Of a stretch of 64,000 nucleotides of DNA, positions 53,026 through 64,000 are shown one piece after another. Each line of letters starts with the position of its first letter. Positions within the stretch are counted from its first letter, which is position 1. The DNA is from Antedon mediterranea (lineage: Eukaryota > Animalia > Echinodermata), in NCBI RefSeq assembly GCF_964355755.1, contig NC_092670.1, positions 29,624,388 to 29,688,387 of the forward strand, given 5' to 3'. The notes below the pieces were generated by a model. The model was not told the origin of the DNA, made no database searches, and worked only from the letters and a program-made list of their open reading frames with translations. The position numbers and the translations under genes are program-made.

Positions 53026-54451
53026 GTAAGTGGATTTTTTTTTCTTTTCTTTAAAACATATTTATACAGGATAAAAACATATCAGGTATAGTTTATATCC
53101 AATCATGGACCTATAAATTAATTTTAATAGGTGCATGATCCAATATAATAATGCATTGTACCGTATTATTTAGAAAGCGGATATGCTAATCATAAATATG
53201 CCTATTTGTGTAGAGTTGCTTATACAAATAAATATCCATGATAACGATGATTTCTATGTAATCTATATTATAATTAACATACGTAAGGGCAACAACTGGT
53301 GTTGCAATAAAATCATAGTAATACATTAACTGCAGTAAAAAAGTAACAAAACGCGAACAATTACAATCAATGACACGCGGAATAAAATACAGCAGCTAAT
53401 GGCGGTATAGCTCAGGATACCTGTCATTTATATGCCTGCTATTTTTTACTATTTAGGCCTTATCGCACATTATTCATGATAATGACGATGATGACAAACC
53501 TTATCCACCATGGACATTCACTACGGTATACAATTCTACCTTATTACAATTAACTCAAACTCATGAATACCAGTTTTTCACTAGAAGTTACCCACTGTTG
53601 CATCCCATAATGTGTAGGCCCTATTAAAGAAAACATTATTACACTTCATGATGTTATTTATTCAGGTTAATGGTATAGTCTATTACTATATTTACATATA
53701 ATTGTTGAATTGGTTATTGTTTTGGACAATTTCGTTCGAAAGATTCCGCGCAATAAATCATCGTCTCACTATTTTCCTAACTCAAATCCCACGGCGAGTA
53801 TCGGCACACAATTATGATATCAAGGTCAGGCCTATGTCTGTTCGTTGATCTTCGACCTGCTTTATAATACACTTTCCTTTATAAAAAAAAAACCAAACAA
53901 ACAAAAGAGAAAAAAACAAAGCAACAAGGAATTGTAGGCTATAACGATGGCAGTATCTTCGTATAGTGATAAAAACCTAATGATTCACAGTGTGTTGTGC
54001 TACGCGAAAATAATGAATATCCCACGAGATAAAACGTTTCTCTAATAAGACAACAGACTGATTATTGTTGCTAGATATTTATTTCCTATATTTGTTTTGC
54101 ATTGAATGTCCACATGGTAACCATTTACCGATTTCATTCACTATTTTTCTTCAAGAGGTCACAATCATGCCACGGCGAACATAACACAACATAAGTCTTT
54201 GGAAATGGGTCTAATAAAGTTTCTAAAAACAGCTCACATCCAGGCCTATTTCGATCATCATTACATTTTGTTCACTGTGTTTATTTCGAAATTTGCGTGT
54301 GTTATATACGCATTAATAAATATGTCAAAATTAGGCTGGCAACATATTTATCAGTGGTCGACGTTGGCGACAGGTTTCTTCAGTAAACCAAGACTGGACA
54401 TTGTCACATACCTTCAACAAAATGATGGATAATTCATTTCAAAATATATTA

Positions 54452-54530
54452 CAGGCCAATCAAATCACGTCACTTGGTTGTATCCAAAAGTGGTATCTTT
54501 CAAAAAGTATATGTATTCCAAATTAGTCAG
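54452..54530 (+). promoter_or_regulatory. Putative promoter of the nested 154-aa gene
   Basis: GGCCAATCA (CCAAT 54456-54460), TCACGTCA CRE-like site (54465-54472) and Inr-like TTAGTC near 54522. A CAG|GTACGT donor follows at 54628/54629. Confidence 0.35.
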
Positions 54531-55067
54531 CGTTCAAGTGTTTCAATTGTTACATTGCTAAACCTTTCCTGTGTAAGCTTGAGCTACAGAAGATAAGTTT
54601 CCATCGCCAACATCCAACATTTTAACAGGTACGTTTGTCCTACTTTACTCAATGTTAATGTTGGTTTACACTGACCTAAACTGTACAGCCTGAGATATCC
54701 ATGACTATATCATTGAAGGATATCCTACTTTTATTAGCGACAGAGGTTAGGATCACACCACAACATACAATAAGTAGCCTACATCACGTTCAGAAAACTT
54801 GAGCACCAATTACATTACTAAAAGTATGTGATGTGTATTTTTAGTGCATATTACAGTCAAGGCCTATATAAACAATGCAGTAACTTAGTGGTTGTATTAA
54901 AAATAAATCAGTAATAATACAGCGGTGAATAATAAAATAATGTGAAATAATAGTAAATATTAATAACATTCCGTAATCAGGTTCATACTCATTCATTACA
55001 ATTACATTAGTTTTAGTTTGTACACACACAAATTAATCTGTACATTTGCTTATTTTTATCCACAGAC

Positions 55068-55532
55068 ATGGCGGACGAACTGATTATGAAAATACAATGT
55101 ACCAAGTCCTTCAAGGCATTGTTTGTAGAAAACGCTCCGCCTGTGATGCGTCAGCATGCTGTGCAACTTGGGATTCAAGTGGACAATACGCTGAACGATT
55201 GTGTTGCGCTAATAACTGCACAAACCGCTGAGATTCTCAACCTTCAGAGACAAGTCCGTCAACTGAAGGCCGAAAATCAAAAGCACGCATTTCACATGTC
55301 ATTTGTTGCGACACCTACAAAAGTATCTACTCCTATTGCTGCAGACTGCAAACCAAAAGAAAGTCCGAGACGAGATGTTGAACTTGAATTCTTTACTGCC
55401 ACCGACAGTGAAGATAATGATGTTCCATTTTTGGAATCTCTGGAACGAATGGAAAAGAGAGCAACACCCAAGAAATCTCGCAAAACTAGGAAGATGACGA
55501 CAAGGAGGAGAATTAAACTCGAAAAACTGTAA
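55068..55532 (+). CDS. Unrecognised 154-aa protein: coiled coil, acidic patch, basic NLS-like tail
   Basis: Clean ORF in AT-rich surroundings. Acceptor ttatttttatccacag| 2 nt before ACATGG; heptad ITAQTAEILNLQRQVRQLKAENQK; DSEDNDVPF; TPKKSRKTRKMTTRRRIK; several AATAAA at ~55612-55635. Confidence 0.6.
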   Translation: MADELIMKIQCTKSFKALFVENAPPVMRQHAVQLGIQVDNTLNDCVALITAQTAEILNLQRQVRQLKAENQKHAFHMSFVATPTKVSTPIAADCKPKESPRRDVELEFFTATDSEDNDVPFLESLERMEKRATPKKSRKTRKMTTRRRIKLEKL

Positions 55533-56127
55533 ATACGTCTATTCTAGGCCTATTCGTACTAAGTCTGCGTTAACCTTAAGACGCATTATTTCATGTTCAA
55601 AAGAAAAAAAGAAATAAAAAAAGAAATAAATAAATAATGATGTTTGTTTCTGTTTATTAGCTTTGACCGAAAGTGAAATACATGTCTCCTACAGTGACAA
55701 AACGGCCGCCGTTCAAAACTAAATTACCGTTTACTGACAGGACATCTGTATTTCACATTCTACTTGCTTCACTGCAGTTAGTTTATTACCACTAGCTACA
55801 AATGACGATGTCCGCGTATCGTACAGATAGCCGATGGTGGATCACGTCACGCGACGATAAAATGTATACTATACTGATCAACTCTTCAGAGACCCGCCTG
55901 GTGCTTACCATAATAATATCGATTACACCAAAAGAATTATTTGTATTTCGCAGTATGGTATTTTGGTCCTGGTTGTCAAAACAGTGTTCGGGTTTGTCGT
56001 TAACAGAAAATAAATGATGATAATATTTGTCCACATCCCCTTGAAAGGTGGTAGAATGTCCGTTCTTTTCACACCACCAACGTTTACATACTCTTTTATA
56101 ACATCAGTAATATTGATTTCATTTCAG

Positions 56128-59100
56128 TGTAAATAAGGAGACTGCATCATTACGCGAATCAACAGATGCCAGACGTTTAACACGCTTTGAAAGATCGCAA
56201 ACAACAAGCGCCAGACATTCAATATCTTCTATAAACTACTCGCCTCAAATAAACTACGGTAAAACAAGGCATGGTATCACTCAAATTGCATACAATTTCA
56301 ACGAGAACATAATCCCTAATCATGTCACAGAATTCCAACCAAAGGGTCTTTTTGTTGAAGATGATGTCTGCCGTCATTGCTTTGCATATAGATTTGCACG
56401 AGAAAAAATCGGTTTCTGTTGTAAACGAGGCAAAATTCAATTACCTCAATTGAAAGACATTCCTGGCTACATTAAAGAACTATATGGCCAAGAATCATTT
56501 CTAAACAATATCAGAACTTACAATAATGCTATGGCACTTGCGTCTATTGGAGTCAAGGAGGAACGCGTACCAGGATATTCGCCAACAGTTAAGGTACACG
56601 GAAAAGTTTATCACTTCATCGGTTCCATGCTTCCTGATACAAACACGACTCCAACATTTGCCCAAATTTATTTTTACGATGGTTCAGAGGATCAAAAAGC
56701 ACAGCAAAGATGCAACAATTCCAACACAAATCTCGACAAGTACACACTTAAACGCCTGCAAGATACACTACATTTACATAATCCATACATTCAAAGTATG
56801 AAAACCGTCTTAGACTTACCGAGTCTATGCAATAAGAAACTGGTGTTGTCGACCAAAACAAAACCAAATACAGAACACAACCGGAAATACAATCTACCAC
56901 AATCAAACGAGATAGCAGTTTTAGAACTCAACGATACCTGCAACTCTACAGATGTCATAATCTACATGAGAGGGGGTGGCATACGGCGCATACATGATAC
57001 GCACCGCTCATATGATCCCCTACATTATATTATCATGTTCCCACAGGGCGATGACGGCTACCACGATAACCTACAACTTATCAATAACAAGAGGATGTCA
57101 CCTACAAACTTCTATTGTTACCGTCTCCAAACGCGGAAAGATAACCTCAACATCATTTCCAAAAGTCGGCGGCTAATGCAACAATATGCTGTAGATGCAT
57201 TCAGTAAAGCCGAACGGCAGCGACTTCGATGGGTAAGAATGAATCAAAAACATCTCAGGGCAGAAAAATACAAGTGCCTTTTAGACGCGGTCGATGCTCA
57301 AGACGAAGTTACTAACATAGGTAGAGTCGTCGTCCTTCCTCCAACCATTTACGGTTCACCTCGATGGTATGCTCAACAATACCAAGATGCCATGGCTTTA
57401 ATACGTACATACGGCAAACCTGATTATTTCATCACTTTCACATGCAATCCTAAGTGGCAAGAAATTACCGACTCTATTCATTATGGTGAAAAACCCGGAG
57501 ACAGACCCGACATCTGTAACCGGGCGTTCAGTAATCGGCTTCAATTTCTCCTAGATGACATTTTAAAATTTGACCTTCTTGGTAACATTGTTGCTTATAC
57601 TCTAATGACAGAATTTCAAAAAAGAGGTTTACCTCACGTCCATATCGTAGCAATATTGGCTAAAGAAGATAAACCGAGGAGCCCTGCCGATATAGACAAA
57701 ATTGTTTCCGCTGAAATCCCCAATCTTGATGAAAATCCATGCCTACATAACATAATAACCACATGTATGATCCATGGCCCATGTGGAAATGTCGCCCCGT
57801 ACTCTCCCTGTACGAAAATGGACAAAAACGTATTCAAGTGCGATAAAAACTTTTCTAAACCTTTTAGATGTAATACCACAATGACTCCACAAACAGGTGC
57901 ATTATATCGCAGAAGATCACCAGAAGAAGGAGGTCACATTACTAACGTTAAGAGAAAACAACGCTCTTATACAGTTGATAACTCATTCGTGGTACCATAT
58001 AACCCAATGCTTATGCTAAAGTACAATGCACATATCAACGTGGAAATATTAACAACTATCAAAGCCGTCAAATACATATACAAATATATTACAAAGGGCA
58101 GCGACAGAGTCATGGTGAAATTACCGTCTGGAGAAATGGCATACGATGAAATTGAATCATTCGCTAATGCTAGATATATTAGTGCATCAGAGGCTTTGTG
58201 GAGACTCTATGAATTTCCGCTCACACGACGACATCCATCTGTAAAACGATTGCCAATTCATTTAGAAAATGACCAAATTGGATATATTGATCCTAATGCT
58301 CCTGATGGAATCAACGACGCACTCAACAAGGCAGAAACAACAATGCTGACTGCTTTTTTTAATCTGAATTCGCACAAAGATGATTTATCAAACCTAACAT
58401 ATCCAAATGTTCTCAGCAAATACACATATTCCAACAAACAATGGAAACCACGCAAACGTCATAACTCCAGAAGAAACAACCCAGACCAAATAAGTGATAC
58501 CATTGGAAGATTACCCGTCATCAATCTCAATCCTCACCAGAGAGAACTTTACTTCCTTCGTATCCTACTTATTCATGTGCCCAGCCCAACGAGCTTTACA
58601 AACATTCGAACAGTTGATGGAATAACATATGAGACCAATCACGCTGCATGCGTTGCATTAGGCTTATATGAAGATGACAGCGAAATAGACAGGGCAATGG
58701 AAGAAACCGCTTCTCTACATTTCGGTGACAACATCCGTCAAGTGTTTGCCACCATTTTACTTTACATTGGCCCTCACAATCCCAATGACTTCTTTACTCG
58801 ACACAAACAGTTACTGACTGAAGATTTCCAGAGGCGCGACAATGTCATTGAAGCAACGCAAGCTCACGTCAATGCGGCACTATTGCAAATTGATCAAGCC
58901 CTACAAAGAGGCGGTGCATCGTTAGGAGATTTCAACCTACCAATCCCACTAATTGTAAACAACACACCTACTACACCACAAATAATTCGTGAGGAAACTA
59001 TGTACGACATAGCACAACTAAACGACTACGTCCAGACACACTTACCGCGTCTAAACAAACAACAACAGGTCGTATTCCATTCCGTTCTTTCATCCACTAT

Positions 59101-60436
59101 CAAACATGAGGGCAAAATATTTCATCTAGACGCACCTGGTGGAACTGGAAAAACGTTCACAATCAACCTCCTCTTAGCAGAAATACGACGACAAGGTCTT
59201 ATTGCACTTGCTGTGGCTACAAGTGGTATAGCTGCTACACTTCTACCCAACGGTAGAACAATTCATTCTCGATTTAAGGTACCACTAAAATTAAGTGAAG
59301 ATTCCACATGCAACATTCCTATACAATCGCATACTGCTGCTCTAATAAAAAACACTTCACTTATTGTCATTGACGAAGTCACCATGGCACACAAATACGT
59401 GTTTGAGGCATTAGACCGATCACTAAGAGACATACGGAAATCTGATCAACCCTTCGGTGGAATCACCATTCTCTTAGCCGGTGATTGGCGACAAATTCTC
59501 CCAGTTATTCCAAAAGGAGGTAAACCTGAAATACTCCAATCTACATTAAAGTCATCACACCTCTGGAACAACATACATCAACTCAAACTATCCGATAATC
59601 TCAGGGTAGCCAATTCTCCTGGAACCAAACACCTCTTGACGCAATTTGCACATCTACTTCTTTCTGTAGGGGAAGGCGTCCATCCATATATAGCTGACGA
59701 CACCATCCAGTTACCTCACCATTTCTTTTCAAATGCCAAAACACTAAACGATTTCTGCTTGGAAGTATATCCTGAAATAATCAACAAAACTCAAACTAAC
59801 GACACGATTTGTTCAAAGGCCATTCTTTGTCCAACAAATGAAACTGTCACACAAGTCAATGAATGTTTAATACATTTGTTCCCCGGCCAAACAAAAACAT
59901 ACTTAAGCTACGATTCTGTGGACGAGGATATACAACATCAATACCCTACCGAATTTCTCAATGGCCTTCATCTACCAAGCCTTCCTCCACATGAACTACA
60001 ACTAAAGCCTGGCATTCCTATTATGCTACTAAGAAATATTGATCCTAGCAATGGCCATTGCAATGGGGCGAGATATATTGTTAAAACTATGCTAGATAGA
60101 GTCATCCATGCTGCAATTGCAACAGGACCACACAAAGGAAATGACTTAATCATACCTAGATTCAAATTAGCCCCTGATGATCCAACATTACCATTTACTT
60201 TAACCAGAAAACAATTCCCTATCAGAGTATGTTTCGGTATCACGTCTAACAAAAGCCAAGGACAAACACTTAGCAAAGTTGGCATATTTCTTGATCAACA
60301 ATTTTTTACGCACGGCCAATTGTATGTTTCATTGAGTAGAGTTGGAAACCCTGATGACATTATAATCTACAATCCCAACGCAACTAATAGTCACCATGTT
60401 TCAAACATTGTCTTCAAGGAAATATTTCAATTATAG
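56128..60436 (+). CDS. Helitron Rep/Hel (HUH Rep plus PIF1-family helicase), main exon
   Basis: Frame open from 56117, including the zinc finger CRHC..FARE..GFCCKRGK. Rep motifs FITFTCNPKW, EFQKRGLPHVH, KYIYKYITKG. Helicase motifs DAPGGTGKT, IVIDEVTM, GDWRQILPV, NKSQGQT, HGQLYVSLSRV. Confidence 0.96.
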
Positions 60437-61041
60437 GCCTACTCCCTACCAACTACCTGTACAAGGATCGTTACATTGACTCTGCAACTCCAGGGTATAC
60501 ATCGGCACATGAACCAGTTGATATCTTAACTACGCACACATAAATGCTGAAATATCAAGATGACACTCAAAAAAAGTATGTAAGTTTTTACTACACTATT
60601 CCTTATCATTGCTTCGTGCCCCTTATAGTTTTCAGTAACTACGAAATCAACAATACTTAGGCCTACAGATATGTTTGTGTGCGGGTGTGTGGGTGTGTGT
60701 GTGAAAACACCTTTTAATGCTGTCTTATTTATGAAATTAAACGGAAAATGCCCTTTTCTAAAACGACTTGACCTTTGTTGCTTTCTTGCATGAATAATAT
60801 TTTTATTATTATACTTTATTCAGATATGGTTCCTGCCAAGATACACAGTCGTTTCCACCATCTTTTGGGATCGAGGAATGAATCCTCCACTGCCGACCAT
60901 ACTCAATGTCATTAATTGCTCACTCACTATTTGCCTATTATAACTTTTTTCCGGCAGTTTATTGTCAGTGTAGCCGTAATTCATACAGTCTAATATAATG
61001 TTGACGTTTATGCGTTTATGTTAAACCAGAAGCCCGCATAA

Positions 61042-61222
61042 AGGGTGTTTCACACCTGTTCCGGCACGGTTCCGGTCCGGCGAATCGAACATCAATGTTT
61101 CGTTTTCACGCGGCTATGCGCCAATCGATATGTGCGTAGCCGCGTGAAAACGAAACATTGGCGTTCGATTGGATTTTCCGGCGCCGGACCGGAACCGTGC
61201 CGGAACAGGTGTGAAAGACCCT
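61042..61222. mobile_element. PIF/Harbinger-type hairpin MITE in the Helitron 3' region
   Basis: TAA|AGGGTGTTTCACACCTGTTCCGGCACGGTTCCGGTCCGGCG...CGCCGGACCGGAACCGTGCCGGAACAGGTGTGAAAGACCCT|TAA; almost fully palindromic. Confidence 0.88.
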
Positions 61223-62407
61223 TAAGGGTGTTTTCCAAACATGGTACAAAATGTATACCGTAAATTGCAAACATAAATTCTTATATCAGGTTCGGAAAAT
61301 GTTAAAAACCAATTTGTATTATTTGAATCGGTAAACAGTTTCCATTTATTATACATTGATAATGAAACATGAAATATTCCTATTTATGTCCCTCGAGGTT
61401 CATTACAATTTATATTTAGTAGTCCCACGGACTTCATCTTAGCCACTCCCCCGAGTGCTAAGGCCAAATTTATGATACCTTACTTTCTATGTAAGTTTAG
61501 TTACAGTTAGTTCTTGACGATAATACAACAAATTTAGGTTACACCCTTCGGCCGCGAAAACGTTTCTGTACAAATATGATACCGATTGGCTTTATTTCAT
61601 TCAACAGCGACCATAATCTCGCCAATTACAGGATAGATAAACTATTTTATTATTGATGTGCTTATAAATTAAGGCTCATGTAAACAGCTTGATTACATCA
61701 TTTTACAGACAAACGAAACTTTTTTAAACCTACTGTTTCAATAACTGAGTATAATACTGTATACGTTTTCATAAGTAAGTGCATATACATTTTCGTGTTT
61801 TCATTGACGAGATTGTAATAGTAACTTCAGTAACTATTACAGTACTTATTTTTTATACGACACAAGACAATTGTATCTGACAGTTACGTACATTATTCTA
61901 AAAAATAAGTCTAGATAGATCCCTTAGGCGTCATAAATCACAGGCCAACAAATCAGTACTCATGACAGAAATTCGACCCAGTTTGGTTCACCCAAATGTT
62001 TACAGGAATTTCAACACCACAACCGATGATTTGCCCTAAATATTTAGGTAGACTACAGTTTAATTTTTCACTGAATAGGAGCTTGCATTTCCGATTTCCA
62101 TTTCGCAGAATGTCTAGGTCTATTTATTTAGTTTGGTTCTTATAATATATAAATACAATCAACTTTATTACTGCGGTTCCATCACCACCACCACCACGTG
62201 CCGCCCAATTCCCGTACATAATTTTCCATTTCTCCCTCATTTCTTTAATCCACATAAATTAATTGTCCATTATGGAATCCAGTATTGGTTTTGTTGTCTC
62301 TATTTCTGAATACCCCAATTAGGGGGACACTTCCGTTTTTGTTTAGTGTCCCAAAAAAGTCCCCGTCCGTGGATTCTACTGTATTCGAGAACCATCTGTG
62401 AGCACCC

Positions 62408-62444
62408 CTAGATGGTACGCGAGCGAAGCGAGCGTGCCATCTAG
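62408..62444 (+). other. Helitron 3' terminal hairpin and CTAG end
   Basis: CTAGATGGTACGC-gagcgaagcga-GCGTGCCATCTAG followed by T. Confidence 0.75.
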
Positions 62445-62459
62445 TTATTATAATTTATA

Positions 62460-62803
62460 TTATGCACTTGTCAATTGTATGACTCACTATACGACCCCCG
62501 GGAGAGGTGCGTCATGGGTGCGTCATTTACAAATAATTACTGACGCAGGGGTGCGTCAAAAAACCTAGATGGTACATCACATCAATGAACAAGGTGTGTC
62601 AATGTCCGTCACTTTACCACCCACCATATCATAAACAACATGGTCACAGTGCGTCAAAATGGGTGCGTCATGGTCACCTAAAGGTAAGTCACCTTTTTGA
62701 CGCACGGGTGTGTCATGGTATTCAAAAGTATGACGCACATCGGACAAATGACGCACCTCTCCCGGGGGTCGTATAGTGGGTCATACAATTGACAAGTGCA
62801 TTA
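62460..62803. mobile_element. MITE with ~55-bp TIRs, TA-flanked
   Basis: ttatgcacttgtcaattgtatgactcactatacgacccccgggagaggtgcgtcat ... atgacgcacctctcccgggggtcgtatagtgggtcatacaattgacaagtgcatta, with internal tgcgtca repeats. Confidence 0.88.
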
Positions 62804-64000
62804 TACTGTACTAGTTTGTACATGTTTTTACCCAAAAAAAATGAATAAATAATTTGTTATTCAATCTAATTGCTTGTTTGTTCATCAATAACAAAACAAT
62901 TGTAAGCAAGTATATAACAGTTCTTGTTAGTCGCTTATTTCAGGTAATATTATTAATATTAGCTAGGCCCGACGCGCCCGATCACAACGTCACTAAGTAA
63001 CTTTCCGCTCCTGGAACAATCGGTCGCTAATAGGGCTAGGCCTCGGACTCGTATAAAAGCTATTATAATAGTTATGATAAATATTCCTCAACTAAAATGT
63101 ATACTGTGATAAATAAACAAGTAATTATATACGTTGTATTGGAATGTATTTATTTATATGAATTCTTATACGCGGACAATTATAAACATCGCGTATATCG
63201 TTCGATATAAATAAATTCATAAACACGATGACGATGTGTTTACAAAATGGCGGTTTCGCTAGTTTTCGATGGAACAAATAGTGGTACCTTTAGTTTGAAT
63301 AGTCGGAGCTGCATCCCAACCACCGAATTTTGTATCTTAATATCGTATTCTGTAGATTATTAATTTTTCTAACAGGGATTTTAAATTCAGGACTGTTCAA
63401 TTTTTCTAAATATTTTATTTTAATGATTTTCTAGGGTACAATTTCGAAAAAAAGACATTGGTTGATTTTGCCGTTAAATTACAGATAATCGTTTTGTTCA
63501 AATACATTTAATTTTACATGACAATATATTAAAACCATTTATGAATTTATTTCACTAACAATATTTTTCCGATAATCAGCTAAATTTACAAATATTGTGT
63601 TTTTCCAACACCCTAAAATTTAGCAATTTTGAACTAAATTAGAAAAGTAGGGCGCCCTCTCCGAGTCGAAATTTGACACGATTTGTCGACTGGCTGTCCC
63701 ACTGAACAAATGTTGTTTTTAAAGTATAAAACTATATTCATAATAGTGCATATTCATGCATGATATGTTTTCAGACATTTTCGACAATGTAGAAAAATAA
63801 CTAAATTCAAATGTATGTACAGTATTATAATGTGTCAAAATTATTATTTATACAAAGGTTATTATCACATTGGACACCACAGCTACTGTATGTATCGTCA
63901 TCATAAAAGATTTTATGTGAATGTATTTTGCACCATTTTATTTTGTAATAACCAATATATTGTTAGAATTATATTTTCAGAATGGCATCAGAAGAAAAGA

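Larger units (their letters stand above)
50272..62444 (+). mobile_element. Autonomous Helitron
   Basis: Intact Rep/Hel ORF. 3' hairpin ctagatggtacgc...gcgtgccatCTAG|T ending at 62444. The 5' end A|TCATCATAATAGAG at 50272 is tentative. Confidence 0.85.
48880..63704. mobile_element. TIR element with 4-bp TSD, hosting the Helitron
   Basis: AACA|CAGTGGGAAAGCCA...TGGCTGTCCCACTG|AACA. Additional inverted match aaatcgtgtaaaatcgact vs agtcgaaatttgacacgattt. Confidence 0.65.

Noticed and set aside
55802-56017. 71-aa ORF as an alternative Rep/Hel first exon
   Set aside because: Its only phase-compatible donor noticed (AT|GTATAC) is weak and the peptide is unlike Helitron N-termini; the 52952 exon fits better, though this one is not excluded.
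56450-56452. TTG start for Rep/Hel given by the ORF track
   Set aside because: The frame is open upstream through the zinc finger to a splice acceptor, and a TTG start is implausible in this eukaryotic context.

Overview
AT-rich metazoan genomic DNA made almost entirely of nested transposable elements; no intact host gene, rRNA, tRNA or CRISPR array is supportable. The frequent TAGGCCTA motifs and TE mix suggest a marine invertebrate such as an echinoderm (inference). Two elements look young and intact. The first is a Gypsy/Ty3 (Mag-like) LTR retrotransposon (12671-17586) with identical 178-bp LTRs, a TTTCA TSD, a tRNA-Leu PBS and a single gag-pol ORF. The second is an autonomous Helitron (~50272-62444). 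Its Rep/Hel gene appears spliced (exon 52952-53025 joined in phase to 56128-60436, ~1460 aa), and the predicted 3.1-kb intron holds a second same-strand gene for an unrecognised 154-aa protein. The middle of the window is a nest: a decayed Penelope-like element with hammerhead-like pLTRs is split in its RT by a 12-kb Sola3-type element, which carries a CCC-ended element, MITEs and a dimeric satellite. The whole nest probably lies inside a decayed Sola1. Also present are long-TIR foldback elements, a 33-bp palindromic satellite, Sola2 and MADF remnants and several local duplications. Superfamily assignments rest on termini, TSDs and motifs read by eye, not on database searches.
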